Assembly (NCBI GenBank): GCA_002011035.2
Contig: MTLY02000003.1
Coordinates: forward strand, 448,001 to 512,000
Source: Candidatus Hecatella orcuttiae
GTDB lineage: Archaea > Thermoproteota > Bathyarchaeia > Hecatellales > Hecatellaceae
DNA length: 64,000 nt
Direction: 5' to 3'
Below the pieces are notes generated by a model. That model was not told the DNA's origin. It ran no database searches and worked only from the letters and a program-made list of their open reading frames with translations. Below, in pieces: positions 36,692 to 45,713 of this stretch (position 1 is the first letter of the stretch; each line of letters starts with the position of its first letter). The position numbers were made by a program, and so were the translations under genes.

Positions 36692-37489
36692 GTGCCCATG
36701 CAGCTTTTCAGTGTAAAGACCCCTCTAATCCGCCCCAAAGATAACCTTGTGGATATTCTACTTCGCAGCGTGAAGAAGCAGGGCTTAAAGCTTCAGGAGG
36801 GAGACATCCTAGCGATATCTTCAAAGGTTCTCTCCTACGCGGAAGGCCGGGTGATTCGTATTGATGAAAAGCCTGCTTCCAAGGCGGCTAGAAAACTGGC
36901 GGAAAAATATTCTCTGGAGCCGGGGTTCGTGGAGTTGGTCATGGGAGAGGCGGAGGAGGTGTACGGAGGCGTCTACAGGGCGCTTCTCACCTTGAAGGAC
37001 TCCCTTCTCCTACCCAACGCGGGCATCGACCATAAGAATGCTCCTCGAGGCCACGTTGTCCTTCTCCCTTCAAACCCGCAAAGGGCTGCGGAGAGGATCA
37101 GAGGCGAGCTTTTCCTTCGAACCGGTAAAAAAGTGGGGGTTCTCATCGTGGACAGTCACACCCTTCCCTTAAGGCTGGGGATCACAGGAATAGCCTTAGG
37201 GGTCGCTGGATTTAACGCCGTGGAAGACTGCCGAGGGAAACTGGACCTTTACGGTAAGCCTCTACTGATCACCCGGACGGCTGTGGCTGACAGTCTAGCC
37301 TCCGCCGCCAACCTGCTGATGGGAGAGACAGGAGAGCGAACTCCCGCGGTCATCATTCGGGGGGCGCCCGTTACCCTCAGGGAGAAAGCGAACGTGAGGG
37401 AAACTCACATCAGCCCGAAAGAATGCCTTTACTTCAAAAGCTTCAAGCTGAAGCAGTATTACAAGAAGCGAAGCCGCCGGAAGGGCTGA
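36692..37489 (+). CDS. cofE: CofE-family gamma-glutamyl ligase (F420-0:glutamate ligase / FolC2-like)
   Basis: SSKVLS.AEG, PNAGIDHKN, IVDS..P.R.G, MGETGERTP. Confidence 0.85.
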   Translation: MPMQLFSVKTPLIRPKDNLVDILLRSVKKQGLKLQEGDILAISSKVLSYAEGRVIRIDEKPASKAARKLAEKYSLEPGFVELVMGEAEEVYGGVYRALLTLKDSLLLPNAGIDHKNAPRGHVVLLPSNPQRAAERIRGELFLRTGKKVGVLIVDSHTLPLRLGITGIALGVAGFNAVEDCRGKLDLYGKPLLITRTAVADSLASAANLLMGETGERTPAVIIRGAPVTLREKANVRETHISPKECLYFKSFKLKQYYKKRSRRKG

Positions 37490-37494
37490 AGGTT

Positions 37495-38403
37495 CTATTT
37501 TCTGAAGAAGTCGATGATCTTGTGGGCTATCAGAACGCTGGCGTTTCTTTGAGCCTCCTCAGTCTGTCCGCCTATGTGGGGAGTGCAGACCACGTTGGGA
37601 AGTTTAGCCAGCTCCAAGTTGGTGGGGGGCTCGGTTTCATGGCAGTCCAGCCCGGCGCCGGCGACCTTGCCGGTTTTCAGGGCTTTGTACAAGGCTTTCT
37701 CGTCGATGAGCGCTCCCCTGGCTATGTTTATGATGATCACGCCGTCCTTCATCATGGCGAATTCTTTTTCCCCGATCATGTGGTAGGTTTCCGGAAGCAA
37801 GGTAGCGTGCAGAGTTATGATGTCTGAATTTCTCAGCAGCTCCTCCAAGGAGACAGCCTTCCCTCCCACCTCCTTCAGTGCAGCTTCGTTCATGAAGGGG
37901 TCGTAGGCTAAAATATTCATCCCCAAGGTTTTGGCGATCTTCGCCACCCTAGAGCCTATCCGGCCGAAGCCTATCACTCCGAGGGTCTGGCCTTGAAGCT
38001 GACGGCCCATTATTTTACTTTTCAGCCACTCCCCCTTTTTGAGGGCGCTGTCGGCTAAGGGGATCTGCCTTGCCACAGCGATCATCAAGCCTATGGTGAG
38101 TTCAGCTACGGCGTCGGTGACGGCTTCGGGGGATGTCAGCACCTTCGTCCTTTTGATGACCTCCGCATCTATGTTGTCCACTCCCACCCCCACTCTTCCT
38201 ATGACTTTCACCCTAGAATTTTCAGGAACCACGTCTTTGGTGACTTTCGTTCTGCTTCTCACGATCAAGGCATCATAGTCTCTAGCTATCTTCTCCAACT
38301 CTTCAGGCTTCAAATCCAGTTTCTCGTCGACGTCGAATCCAGCCTCCCTCAGCAGGTTTAGGCCTTCTTCATGAATTTTATCGCAGACCAGAATTTTCAC
38401 CAT
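37495..38403 (-). CDS. serA: D-3-phosphoglycerate dehydrogenase-like (short form without ACT domain)
   Basis: VRSRTKV, GVGVDNID, GFGRIG, INIARG, TPHIGGQTEEAQ. Confidence 0.8.
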   Translation of the reverse strand: MVKILVCDKIHEEGLNLLREAGFDVDEKLDLKPEELEKIARDYDALIVRSRTKVTKDVVPENSRVKVIGRVGVGVDNIDAEVIKRTKVLTSPEAVTDAVAELTIGLMIAVARQIPLADSALKKGEWLKSKIMGRQLQGQTLGVIGFGRIGSRVAKIAKTLGMNILAYDPFMNEAALKEVGGKAVSLEELLRNSDIITLHATLLPETYHMIGEKEFAMMKDGVIIINIARGALIDEKALYKALKTGKVAGAGLDCHETEPPTNLELAKLPNVVCTPHIGGQTEEAQRNASVLIAHKIIDFFRK

Positions 38404-38544
38404 CTCACCTGCCCTCCTGCGAAGTGTGCAATGCGGCTAACTGTGCTTCTCCAGTAGGATGGGTCTGCGGTGATATTATAGTTTTTTGGAAACCCTGAAT
38501 TATTTATGGGTTCATCACCCTCCGATAAGCATGGAGGACGCAGG

Positions 38545-39081
38545 TTGGGCAGCGTGGAAAAAAGGCTTAGGCCGCTTAAAGAAAAGACCATCCCCCTGAA
38601 ACCCATAGGCTTCGTCCGTTCGCCCCAAAAGGAGGGAACCGTCAAAGATCGAAGTTTAACCTCGGAGATTGTTTTAGAAAAAACCTACTCGGCGGGGCTG
38701 GAAGGCTTGGAGGGCTTCTCCCACCTCTACGTCATCTACTGGCTTCACAAAATCAGAGAAGCTCCCAAACTGAAGGTTCACCCTTGGGGAAGCCGGGAGA
38801 TGCCTTTGCTGGGCGTTTTCGCCACCCGCTCCCCCAGCCGCCCTAATCCTCTGGGGCTGACCTTGGTTGAGCTTTTGGAGAGGGAAGACTGTGTGTTGAA
38901 GGTTCGAGGCTTGGACGCCTTAGACGGCTCCCCTGTGTTGGACTTGAAACCCTTCGACTTTTCGGATGTAGACGAATACCGGAAGGTCAGAGTTCCCGGT
39001 TGGTGGGTTAAAGCCAAACCTGAGAAGTGGAAAAAATGGAAGAAACTAGTAGGCGGCTCTAGAACCCATCCTCCACTATGA
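38545..39081 (+). CDS. tsaA: tRNA m6t6A37 methyltransferase (TrmO/TsaA)
   Basis: PIGFVRSP, GLEGFSH, GVFATRSPSRPNPLG, GLDALDGSPVLDLKP; TTG 38545 follows GGAGG (ORF track start 38506). Confidence 0.88.
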   Translation: MGSVEKRLRPLKEKTIPLKPIGFVRSPQKEGTVKDRSLTSEIVLEKTYSAGLEGLEGFSHLYVIYWLHKIREAPKLKVHPWGSREMPLLGVFATRSPSRPNPLGLTLVELLEREDCVLKVRGLDALDGSPVLDLKPFDFSDVDEYRKVRVPGWWVKAKPEKWKKWKKLVGGSRTHPPL

Positions 39082-39095
39082 TATAACGGGAAAGT

Positions 39096-39917
39096 TCAGC
39101 CGACCCATAGCATTCTGAAGGCTATGAGGAGGAGGACGAGGCCGAAAATCCTCCGAAGCACCGGCGCCCCGGCCTTTTTCGAAATTCTAACTCCCACCTG
39201 CGCTCCTCCAAAGGCGCCTAAGCCCAGCGCTAAGGTGAGGGGGAGGTTGACGTGGCCTAGAGTCGAGTGAGCTGCGGCTCCGAAGGCGGAGGTGATGAGG
39301 CTGGTGAGGCTGGAGGTGGCTATGGCCACGTGGACAGGGACGCCTAAACCCAAGGTCATCAAGGGCACCTTAAGAAGCCCTCCGCCTATACCGGCTATGC
39401 CTGAAAGGAGGCCTACGGCGAACCCTCCGGCTAGTAGGGGGACAACGTTGACGGTGAATTCAAACTTCTTGTTCTCTCCGTCCACAAACAGCCGCCTCCA
39501 CAACAGCGGCTTAGGGCTCAGCCTAGCGGGGAATATCCTCTTCCTCCAAAGGCTGAATCCCGTCAGCATACTGACCCCCGCGTAGGCGGCGAGAACTCCG
39601 AAAACTGTGCGCAGAACCGTCGGCTCCAAGAATCCGGTTAGGGAGGCTCCCAGAAAGGAGCCGGGAGCCGCGGCGGACTCTAGGAGGAGCCCCAGCTTGT
39701 AGTCTACGCGCTTCTGGTGGAAGTAGCTCAGCGTGGCTGAGGAGGTGGTGAAAAGGTTGGATGCCATGGAGGTTCCCACAGCCGAATGGATAGACTGGCC
39801 GAGGAGAAAGTGAAGGTAGGGGACGAAGAGGAATCCTCCTCCCAGCCCCAGCATGCTGCCCAGTGTGCCTATGAGGACTCCGACGGTAAAAATTAAGGCA
39901 GCGGCTTCCACGGGCAT
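39096..39917 (-). CDS. TauE/SafE sulfite exporter family membrane protein
   Basis: GLGGG.L.VP and GIGGG.L.VP repeats, AVGTS/AIATS; about 8 TM. Confidence 0.9.
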   Translation of the reverse strand: MPVEAAALIFTVGVLIGTLGSMLGLGGGFLFVPYLHFLLGQSIHSAVGTSMASNLFTTSSATLSYFHQKRVDYKLGLLLESAAAPGSFLGASLTGFLEPTVLRTVFGVLAAYAGVSMLTGFSLWRKRIFPARLSPKPLLWRRLFVDGENKKFEFTVNVVPLLAGGFAVGLLSGIAGIGGGLLKVPLMTLGLGVPVHVAIATSSLTSLITSAFGAAAHSTLGHVNLPLTLALGLGAFGGAQVGVRISKKAGAPVLRRIFGLVLLLIAFRMLWVG

Positions 39918-39965
39918 CTAAACCTTGCCTGAAATTTTCCTCAGCAGGGCGGAGAAAACCCGGAG

Positions 39966-40151
39966 TTACCTGACTTTGAGGGCGTACCTTCCCGCTCTGG
40001 TGATTCCCATCTTCTTCCCTATCTCGGACTTCTCCGGGTCGAGGATGATGAGAACTCCTGTGAAGTCGTCGGAGAGACTAGACTCCTTGCAGTTAGGGCA
40101 GATGTTGCCGTAGACGATGAGGTGGCATTTGACGCAGGCTCGCTCCTTCAC
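39966..40151 (-). CDS. spt4: transcription elongation factor Spt4 (RpoE2)
   Basis: ACVKC...CPNC...G.LIILDPEKSEI...G.YALKVR. Confidence 0.95.
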   Translation of the reverse strand: MKERACVKCHLIVYGNICPNCKESSLSDDFTGVLIILDPEKSEIGKKMGITRAGRYALKVR

Positions 40152-40741
40152 TTTTTCTTCCCCTCCGCCTGCGGAGTTCGCTTCTCCGCTTCCCTCAGTT
40201 TTTTAACATCATCCCTGATCCACTCCAGCTTCCCCAGATAGGGCTGCCTCATGGTGATGCCTATCTTGCCGCTGGAGCCTCCTTTGGCTATGCTGATGGC
40301 TGTCACCCTCGCTCGAACCTTATCCCCGCTGGCCAGCTTCCTAAGGGTCTCCCTTCCCAGGAGGGTTCCTTGCTTTTCTTCGTAGACCACGTAGTCGTCG
40401 ATTATCTGGGAGATGTGAAGCAGAGCCTCCACAGGGCCTATTCTCACGAAGGAGCCGAAGTCCCCGATTTCAACCACCTCCCCCTCGACGATCTCCTGAA
40501 CTTCCGGCTTGTAGTTTAGGAGGGTGAAGGTTGCCGTGTGGTAGGTGCCTCCGTCCCCGGGAAGAATCTTGCCCACCGGGGATATCTCCACCGACGTGAC
40601 GGCGATGACGTAGCCTAGGTCCTTGCTGAGGATGCCCTCGTATTTCTTGCTCAACTCCTCCTCAGCTACCTTCTTCAGGTCGGAGCTGAACTTTTCCGGG
40701 GGAATCCTGACGATGTCTTGGCATTTCACAAGCTCAAACAT
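40148..40741 (-). CDS. rpoE1: RNA polymerase subunit Rpo7 (E')
   Basis: VRIPP, GDG, S1 domain FVRIGP..L.HISQI, TMRQPYLGK. Confidence 0.95.
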   Translation of the reverse strand: MFELVKCQDIVRIPPEKFSSDLKKVAEEELSKKYEGILSKDLGYVIAVTSVEISPVGKILPGDGGTYHTATFTLLNYKPEVQEIVEGEVVEIGDFGSFVRIGPVEALLHISQIIDDYVVYEEKQGTLLGRETLRKLASGDKVRARVTAISIAKGGSSGKIGITMRQPYLGKLEWIRDDVKKLREAEKRTPQAEGKKK

Positions 40742-41176
40742 TTAGGCTACATACCCCTCCAAAACCAAACGGGTCTTCTCCCTCAAGAATACAACAGGTA
40801 AACCTTTAGCGCGAAGCTGCCTTCTCAGCTTCGAGTCCCCTGTGGCCACCGGGCAGCCTAATGCTTCCGCAGCCCTGACCAAGTACTCGTCCACAGACTC
40901 TCCGGGGAGCTTATTGAAATCAGCCTTCAGACAGCGCTCCGCTATTCTCAGGGCGTGGGCGGCCTTTCTTCCAAGGCCGGTCTCAGAGTTGGAAGCTATT
41001 TTTTCAACCTCCTCCAGCACCGGGGGCAAAACCACAGGTTCGACTTTCGTTGATAAAAGTCTCTCCAGTTCCTTAAATATATCTATTCTCCTATGAGTTG
41101 GGAGAAAAAGGAAGCTGGAGTCCAACAGCACCTTTCTAGGCAAAGAGAAAACATTCACCCTTTCCCAGTTCGGCAA
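40742..41176 (-). CDS. PIN-domain (Fcf1/Utp24-like) protein
   Basis: VLLDSSFL, VD, VATGD..LR; conserved position upstream of rpoE1. Confidence 0.85.
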   Translation of the reverse strand: MPNWERVNVFSLPRKVLLDSSFLFLPTHRRIDIFKELERLLSTKVEPVVLPPVLEEVEKIASNSETGLGRKAAHALRIAERCLKADFNKLPGESVDEYLVRAAEALGCPVATGDSKLRRQLRAKGLPVVFLREKTRLVLEGYVA

Positions 41177-41600
41177 GCTAAGGTAGTAACAGGCTATTAA
41201 ATGTTTTGAAAACCTTGGTAAGCGTCTTCCCGAGTGAAACCCGCTGCTTCAGTTGCGGTTGCGGGGGAGAGGGATCAAAAACCGAGGAAAACCCTTTCCA
41301 GCTTCTACCAGGTCTTAAGCATTCTTTATGTTTTCCCTTCCCTCCCCTTCATGCCGTTGGCAGTTTATAAAGTTGCGAATCAAAATTCTTTCATGAGAGT
41401 TCATTCGGTGAAGGAAATTCTTTATTGGAACGTCTTTAATTTTTCCCCAAGACTTCCCGATTTTTTTACAGGTTTATGCTAAGTGCGAAGATAGGATTCG
41501 CCTCCACCTTCTCATCGTTTCATCAAAGGTTTCATCCGTCCTTCTCCGTAAATTTTTATGTGATTCTTCAGTTTGATGAAAGAATGCGGAAGGACTCCCG

Positions 41601-42419
41601 ATGGCTTTCTCAGGTTTCTTACGGAGGATGAAGCATCGCTCTTCCAACGCCCCTTCTCGCTCCAACGGGGCCGCCGCAGACAATTTCCTGTTCCTCCTCC
41701 CCCTAGGAGCCATCTTCGCAGGCTGGGAGGCCGCTGCGAGGCTGAACCTGTTTTTCGTTAAATTCGCGCCTTCCCCCTCTGAGATCCTCGCGGTTTTGTT
41801 CACCAACCTAGGCAATCCTGAATTCGTCTATCTTATCCTCCACAGCATGGCCAACTTGGTCTTAGGCATCATCATAGCCAGTGTTTTCGCCATACCCCTA
41901 GCCATCGGGACGGGGTTGAAGTCTCGGGTTGATTCCACGCTTACCCCTTTGGTGATGATAGTGGGAGCGCTGCCTGACCTGGCGCTTCTCCCTTTGATAG
42001 TCTTCTGGTTCGGCCCCGGGATGGCGGCCGCTGTGTTCATGGCCACTGTGGTGGCGTTTTTCCCCGTGTTCTTCACCGTGAGGGAGGGTGTGAAAGATAT
42101 TCCTCAAGACTATTTCCATGTGGCGGAGATCTACAAGGCGAAAAAATACCAAGTCTACACCAAGCTGGTTTTCCCCGCTGTTTTGCCTCAGATCGTAACT
42201 GGGGTGAGGTTGGCTTACGAGTTTCTATGGGAAATAGTCTTAGCCATAGAAATCATAGCCAGCATCCACGGCATAGGCTTCTTCATCAACCACTCCGTTC
42301 AGGCTGAGTCTCTCACCCAAGCTTTCGCCGGCATCTTCGCCATCGGAGGCTTAGCCATCATCATTGACAGGACTGTCTTCCAGCGGCTGGAGAACTACAT
42401 CAGGAAGTGGCATGAATGA
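41601..42419 (+). CDS. NitT/TauT-family ABC permease
   Basis: PSPSEI, ALLPLIVFWFG, PAVLPQIVTGVRL, GIG; about 6 TM. Confidence 0.88.
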   Translation: MAFSGFLRRMKHRSSNAPSRSNGAAADNFLFLLPLGAIFAGWEAAARLNLFFVKFAPSPSEILAVLFTNLGNPEFVYLILHSMANLVLGIIIASVFAIPLAIGTGLKSRVDSTLTPLVMIVGALPDLALLPLIVFWFGPGMAAAVFMATVVAFFPVFFTVREGVKDIPQDYFHVAEIYKAKKYQVYTKLVFPAVLPQIVTGVRLAYEFLWEIVLAIEIIASIHGIGFFINHSVQAESLTQAFAGIFAIGGLAIIIDRTVFQRLENYIRKWHE

Positions 42420-43237
42420 CCGTGTGCTTGGAGGTTGAGAAGGTAACCAAGCACTTCCCCCATCGTAGGGAGAGAGTCTGCACCCTCCACGAGGTAACCT
42501 TCGACGTCCACGACAAAGAGTTCGTGTGCATCATCGGGCCCAGCGGCTGCGGGAAGTCCACGCTTCTCAAGATCATCGCCGGCTTAGATGCGCCCTCCAC
42601 CGGGGAGGTCAGGCTTAGGGGTGAAAGCATCGAGGAGCCTCATCCCAAGATAAGCATGGTGTTCCAATCCTTCGCCCTTTTCCCTTGGAGGACGGTGGTT
42701 CAAAACGTGGAATTCGGCCTTGAAGCCAGGGGAGTCCCCCGCCCTCAGAGGAGGAAAATCGCCCTCGAGCTTCTGGAAATGGTGGGATTGAAGGGTCTGG
42801 AGAACCTTTATCCCAAAGAGATTTCCGGGGGGATGAAGCAGAGAGTCGGCATTGCAAGGGCCTTAGCCGTCGACCCCGAGGTCATCCTGATGGATGAGGC
42901 CTTCAGCGCGGTCGACGAATTTACGGCGCAGGTTTTGAGAAGCGAGGTTCTGGAGCTTTGGGAGGAGACGGAGAAAACCTTCCTGCTTGTTACCCACAAC
43001 CTGACGGAAGCCATAGAGATGGCTGACAGGATTATTGTCCTAAGTTCGAAGCCGGCTAGACTTAAGTGCAATGTCCCCGTCCACCTTAAGAGGCCTAGGA
43101 ATAGGGGAGAACCCCGTTTCTTGAAGTTTCAAAAAGAACTTTTCGAATTGCTGAGGGAGGAGCTGGAGAACACCATCGTGAGGCATAAGCTCAGAGCCGT
43201 CCACGCCCACCACGGCCTTGAAGACATGGAGAAGTAG
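42416..43237 (+). CDS. NitT/TauT-family ABC ATPase
   Basis: GPSGCGKST, FQSFALFPW, ISGGMKQR, LMDEAF, THN. Confidence 0.92.
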   Translation: MTVCLEVEKVTKHFPHRRERVCTLHEVTFDVHDKEFVCIIGPSGCGKSTLLKIIAGLDAPSTGEVRLRGESIEEPHPKISMVFQSFALFPWRTVVQNVEFGLEARGVPRPQRRKIALELLEMVGLKGLENLYPKEISGGMKQRVGIARALAVDPEVILMDEAFSAVDEFTAQVLRSEVLELWEETEKTFLLVTHNLTEAIEMADRIIVLSSKPARLKCNVPVHLKRPRNRGEPRFLKFQKELFELLREELENTIVRHKLRAVHAHHGLEDMEK

Positions 43238-43273
43238 CCCCTTTTTTTTGGGAGGCCGGTTTCCCCCTTTTTT
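43238..43273 (+). terminator. oligo-T terminator
   Basis: T8 run at 43242-43249 and a second T-run directly after the ABC ATPase stop. Confidence 0.6.
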
Positions 43274-43358
43274 CGCAGACGTTTTGAGACGTAGATTTTT
43301 ATATGTGGGGGAAGGCTATATTCTTCTTGAGAATTAATCGATATGAGGCTAAAGTTGT

Positions 43359-44462
43359 TTGAAGCTTGTAACCATAGGTTTAGGGCAGGCTGGCGGGAGA
43401 ATCGTCGACCTACTCCTCCATTATGATACTTGGGGAAGACACAAGCATATTGTGGCCTCCTGTATGGCTGTTAATACCTCCAAGTCGGACCTCATAGGCT
43501 TGAGAACCATCCCCCAGAAGCACAGGGTCCTCATAGGGCAGAGCGCTGTGAAAGGCCACGGAGTAGGATTAAACAACGAGCTGGCGGCTAAAATAATGGA
43601 AAAAGACCATCCGATGATCAAGAGAGTGCTGAGTGAGCGGGAGCACTTGGACATCGACGCCTTCCTCCTGATAGCCGGGCTTGGCGGGGGCACAGGTTCA
43701 GGGGGAACCCCCGTGCTGGTTAAAGCATTGAAGGAGAGCTACGGGGAGCCTGTCTATGTCCTCGGAGTGCTGCCCAGCGACGATGAGGGAGGCCTGATGT
43801 GCTACAACGCGGCGAGAAGCCTGGTTTCCCTCAAAGACAAGGCGGACGGAATCATTCTTTTCGACAACAACCTCTGGAGGAGGGAAGGGCTGCCCATCCA
43901 AGCCAGCTACGACGCCATGAACCACCAGGTGGTCAAGCCTCTGCCTGTGCTGATGGGAGCCGGGGAGGTCACGGCTAAGGATAAAATAGGCGCCAAGGTG
44001 GTAGACGCCTCCGACATTATGAACACCATCCGCCAGTTCACTGTCCTAGGCCATTCGGAAGTCCAGCTGGGTGGGCTGTGGAGTAAAAAAGTGGACATCC
44101 ACGAGCTCATAAGACTGGCTGTGACGGGGAAGCTGACGGCTGAGTGCGACATAAAGCAGGCCCGCCGGGTCTTGTTCATGGTAGCCGGGCCTCCGCGGGA
44201 GATGAGCCGCGCCGGCATCGATCATGCTCGAAGCTGGCTGGAGAGCGTTGCCGTGAACGCGGAGCTGAGGGTGGGCGACTACCCGCTTCCCAAGTCTAAA
44301 ACCATGATGAGCATCGTCCTCTTCTCAGGCATGGAGGACACGCCGAGGGTGAAGGCGTTGGTGAAGAAGGCTCTGGAGTATCAGAAACTTCAGGAAACCC
44401 GGGAGGCGGGGGTAAGCAGCTTGGAGTTGGGCAAAGGTCGGCTGAAGCCTCTGATAGAGTAG
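43359..44462 (+). CDS. cetZ: CetZ-like tubulin/FtsZ-superfamily GTPase
   Basis: IGLGQAGGRIVD, KGHGVG, GLGGGTGSGG tubulin signature, FDN, VVDASDIMNT T7 loop, GDYP. Confidence 0.85.
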   Translation: MKLVTIGLGQAGGRIVDLLLHYDTWGRHKHIVASCMAVNTSKSDLIGLRTIPQKHRVLIGQSAVKGHGVGLNNELAAKIMEKDHPMIKRVLSEREHLDIDAFLLIAGLGGGTGSGGTPVLVKALKESYGEPVYVLGVLPSDDEGGLMCYNAARSLVSLKDKADGIILFDNNLWRREGLPIQASYDAMNHQVVKPLPVLMGAGEVTAKDKIGAKVVDASDIMNTIRQFTVLGHSEVQLGGLWSKKVDIHELIRLAVTGKLTAECDIKQARRVLFMVAGPPREMSRAGIDHARSWLESVAVNAELRVGDYPLPKSKTMMSIVLFSGMEDTPRVKALVKKALEYQKLQETREAGVSSLELGKGRLKPLIE

Positions 44463-44502
44463 CAGAGCTGGACTCCGAAAACTTTTTCAGCTCCCCAGCT
44501 TT

Positions 44503-45663
44503 ATGGGAGGCGGAGCAACCTTGCAGGTTTCAGGCTTCCGAAAGTTTTACCCCTTTTTCTTCGCAGTCCTTCTCTCCCTCGGCAGCTTGACGGCCTTGGC
44601 CTCCGCAGCCGCCCTCCAAGGGGAGGTCGAAGTTCTGCTGGAGGGGCTGAATCACCCTACAGGTTTGGCTGTGGACCAGGAGGGCAACGTTTACTTCACG
44701 GAGTTCGGTTTGGAGGGAGCTCTTAAAAAATACTGGGCGGACGGCCGGGTTTCCACGCTGCTCTCCAACCTCACCTCCGCGCCGGGGGTGGCAGTGGGGC
44801 CTGAAGGCGACGTCTACGTGGTGGAGGGCGCTGAAGGGGTGCTCTGGAGGCTGAGGCCCGGAGCTTCGGAGCCTGAGGCTGTGGTGGAGGAGACCTTGGG
44901 GATGTGGGACTTGGCCTTGGACGGAGACGGCAACCTTTACATTACCATCCGGTCGGTGGAGGGGGCGCTGCTGAGGCTGAGCCCCGGGGCTGAGCGGCCT
45001 GAAACCTTGGTGGAGGGTTTGAACGTCCCCTACGGAGTGGCCGTGGACGGAGCTGGCAGTGTCTACTGGGTGGAGTTTGGGAACAGAACGGAGAGCAACG
45101 GAGCCCTGAGGATGCTTCCCCCGGGGTCGGCGGAGCCTCTGACCCTGCTGGAGGGGCTGCGGAACCCCTACGACGTGGCTGTGGACGGCCGGGGCTGGGT
45201 TTACTTCACCGAGAAGGCGGGGACGCTGAAGGTTTTGAAGCCTGAGGGCGGGGAGCCGGAGGTAGTCCTCTCCGACCTGGGGAGGGTCTACGGCATCGCC
45301 TTCGACCCCTTGGGAAACCTGTACCTGGCTAGGTTCGGAAGCCCCGTTGGCACAGGCGACGGAGCCCTTTGGAGGCTTCGGGTTTCGGAGCCCCCTGCCC
45401 CCGAGGGCGAGGACGGGCGGCTGGCTGCTTTGGAAAGCCGGGTGGCTGAGCTTTCTTCGGAGGCTGCTTCCCTGGAAGCTCAGGTAGTTGCGTTGGGGGA
45501 CGCCGTGGACGACTTGGCCGGTGAGGTGGCTGGGGTTGAGGGTTTGATACGGGGAGTTCTGGCTTTGGCGGCTGTGGCCGTGGTCTTGGCTGTGGCTTCC
45601 CTGGGGCTTCAGTTGAAGGCCGGGGCTCCGAAGGGGAAGGCTGGGCGTCCTCGGAGAGTTTGA
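44503..45663 (+). CDS. surface beta-propeller (NHL-like) protein with coiled-coil stalk and C-terminal TM anchor
   Basis: Signal peptide; about six P.G.AVD..G.VY repeats; heptad stalk; TM followed by a basic tail. Confidence 0.82.
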   Translation: MGGGATLQVSGFRKFYPFFFAVLLSLGSLTALASAAALQGEVEVLLEGLNHPTGLAVDQEGNVYFTEFGLEGALKKYWADGRVSTLLSNLTSAPGVAVGPEGDVYVVEGAEGVLWRLRPGASEPEAVVEETLGMWDLALDGDGNLYITIRSVEGALLRLSPGAERPETLVEGLNVPYGVAVDGAGSVYWVEFGNRTESNGALRMLPPGSAEPLTLLEGLRNPYDVAVDGRGWVYFTEKAGTLKVLKPEGGEPEVVLSDLGRVYGIAFDPLGNLYLARFGSPVGTGDGALWRLRVSEPPAPEGEDGRLAALESRVAELSSEAASLEAQVVALGDAVDDLAGEVAGVEGLIRGVLALAAVAVVLAVASLGLQLKAGAPKGKAGRPRRV

Positions 45664-45713
45664 GGCTTGGCTGAGCTGGAGGGAAACGTGAAGCCGCTGT
45701 CTCGGATGGAAAC

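Noticed and set aside
41234-41482. 82-aa ORF upstream of the ABC permease
   Set aside because: No SD or motif, and it spans TATA- and T-rich promoter-like DNA
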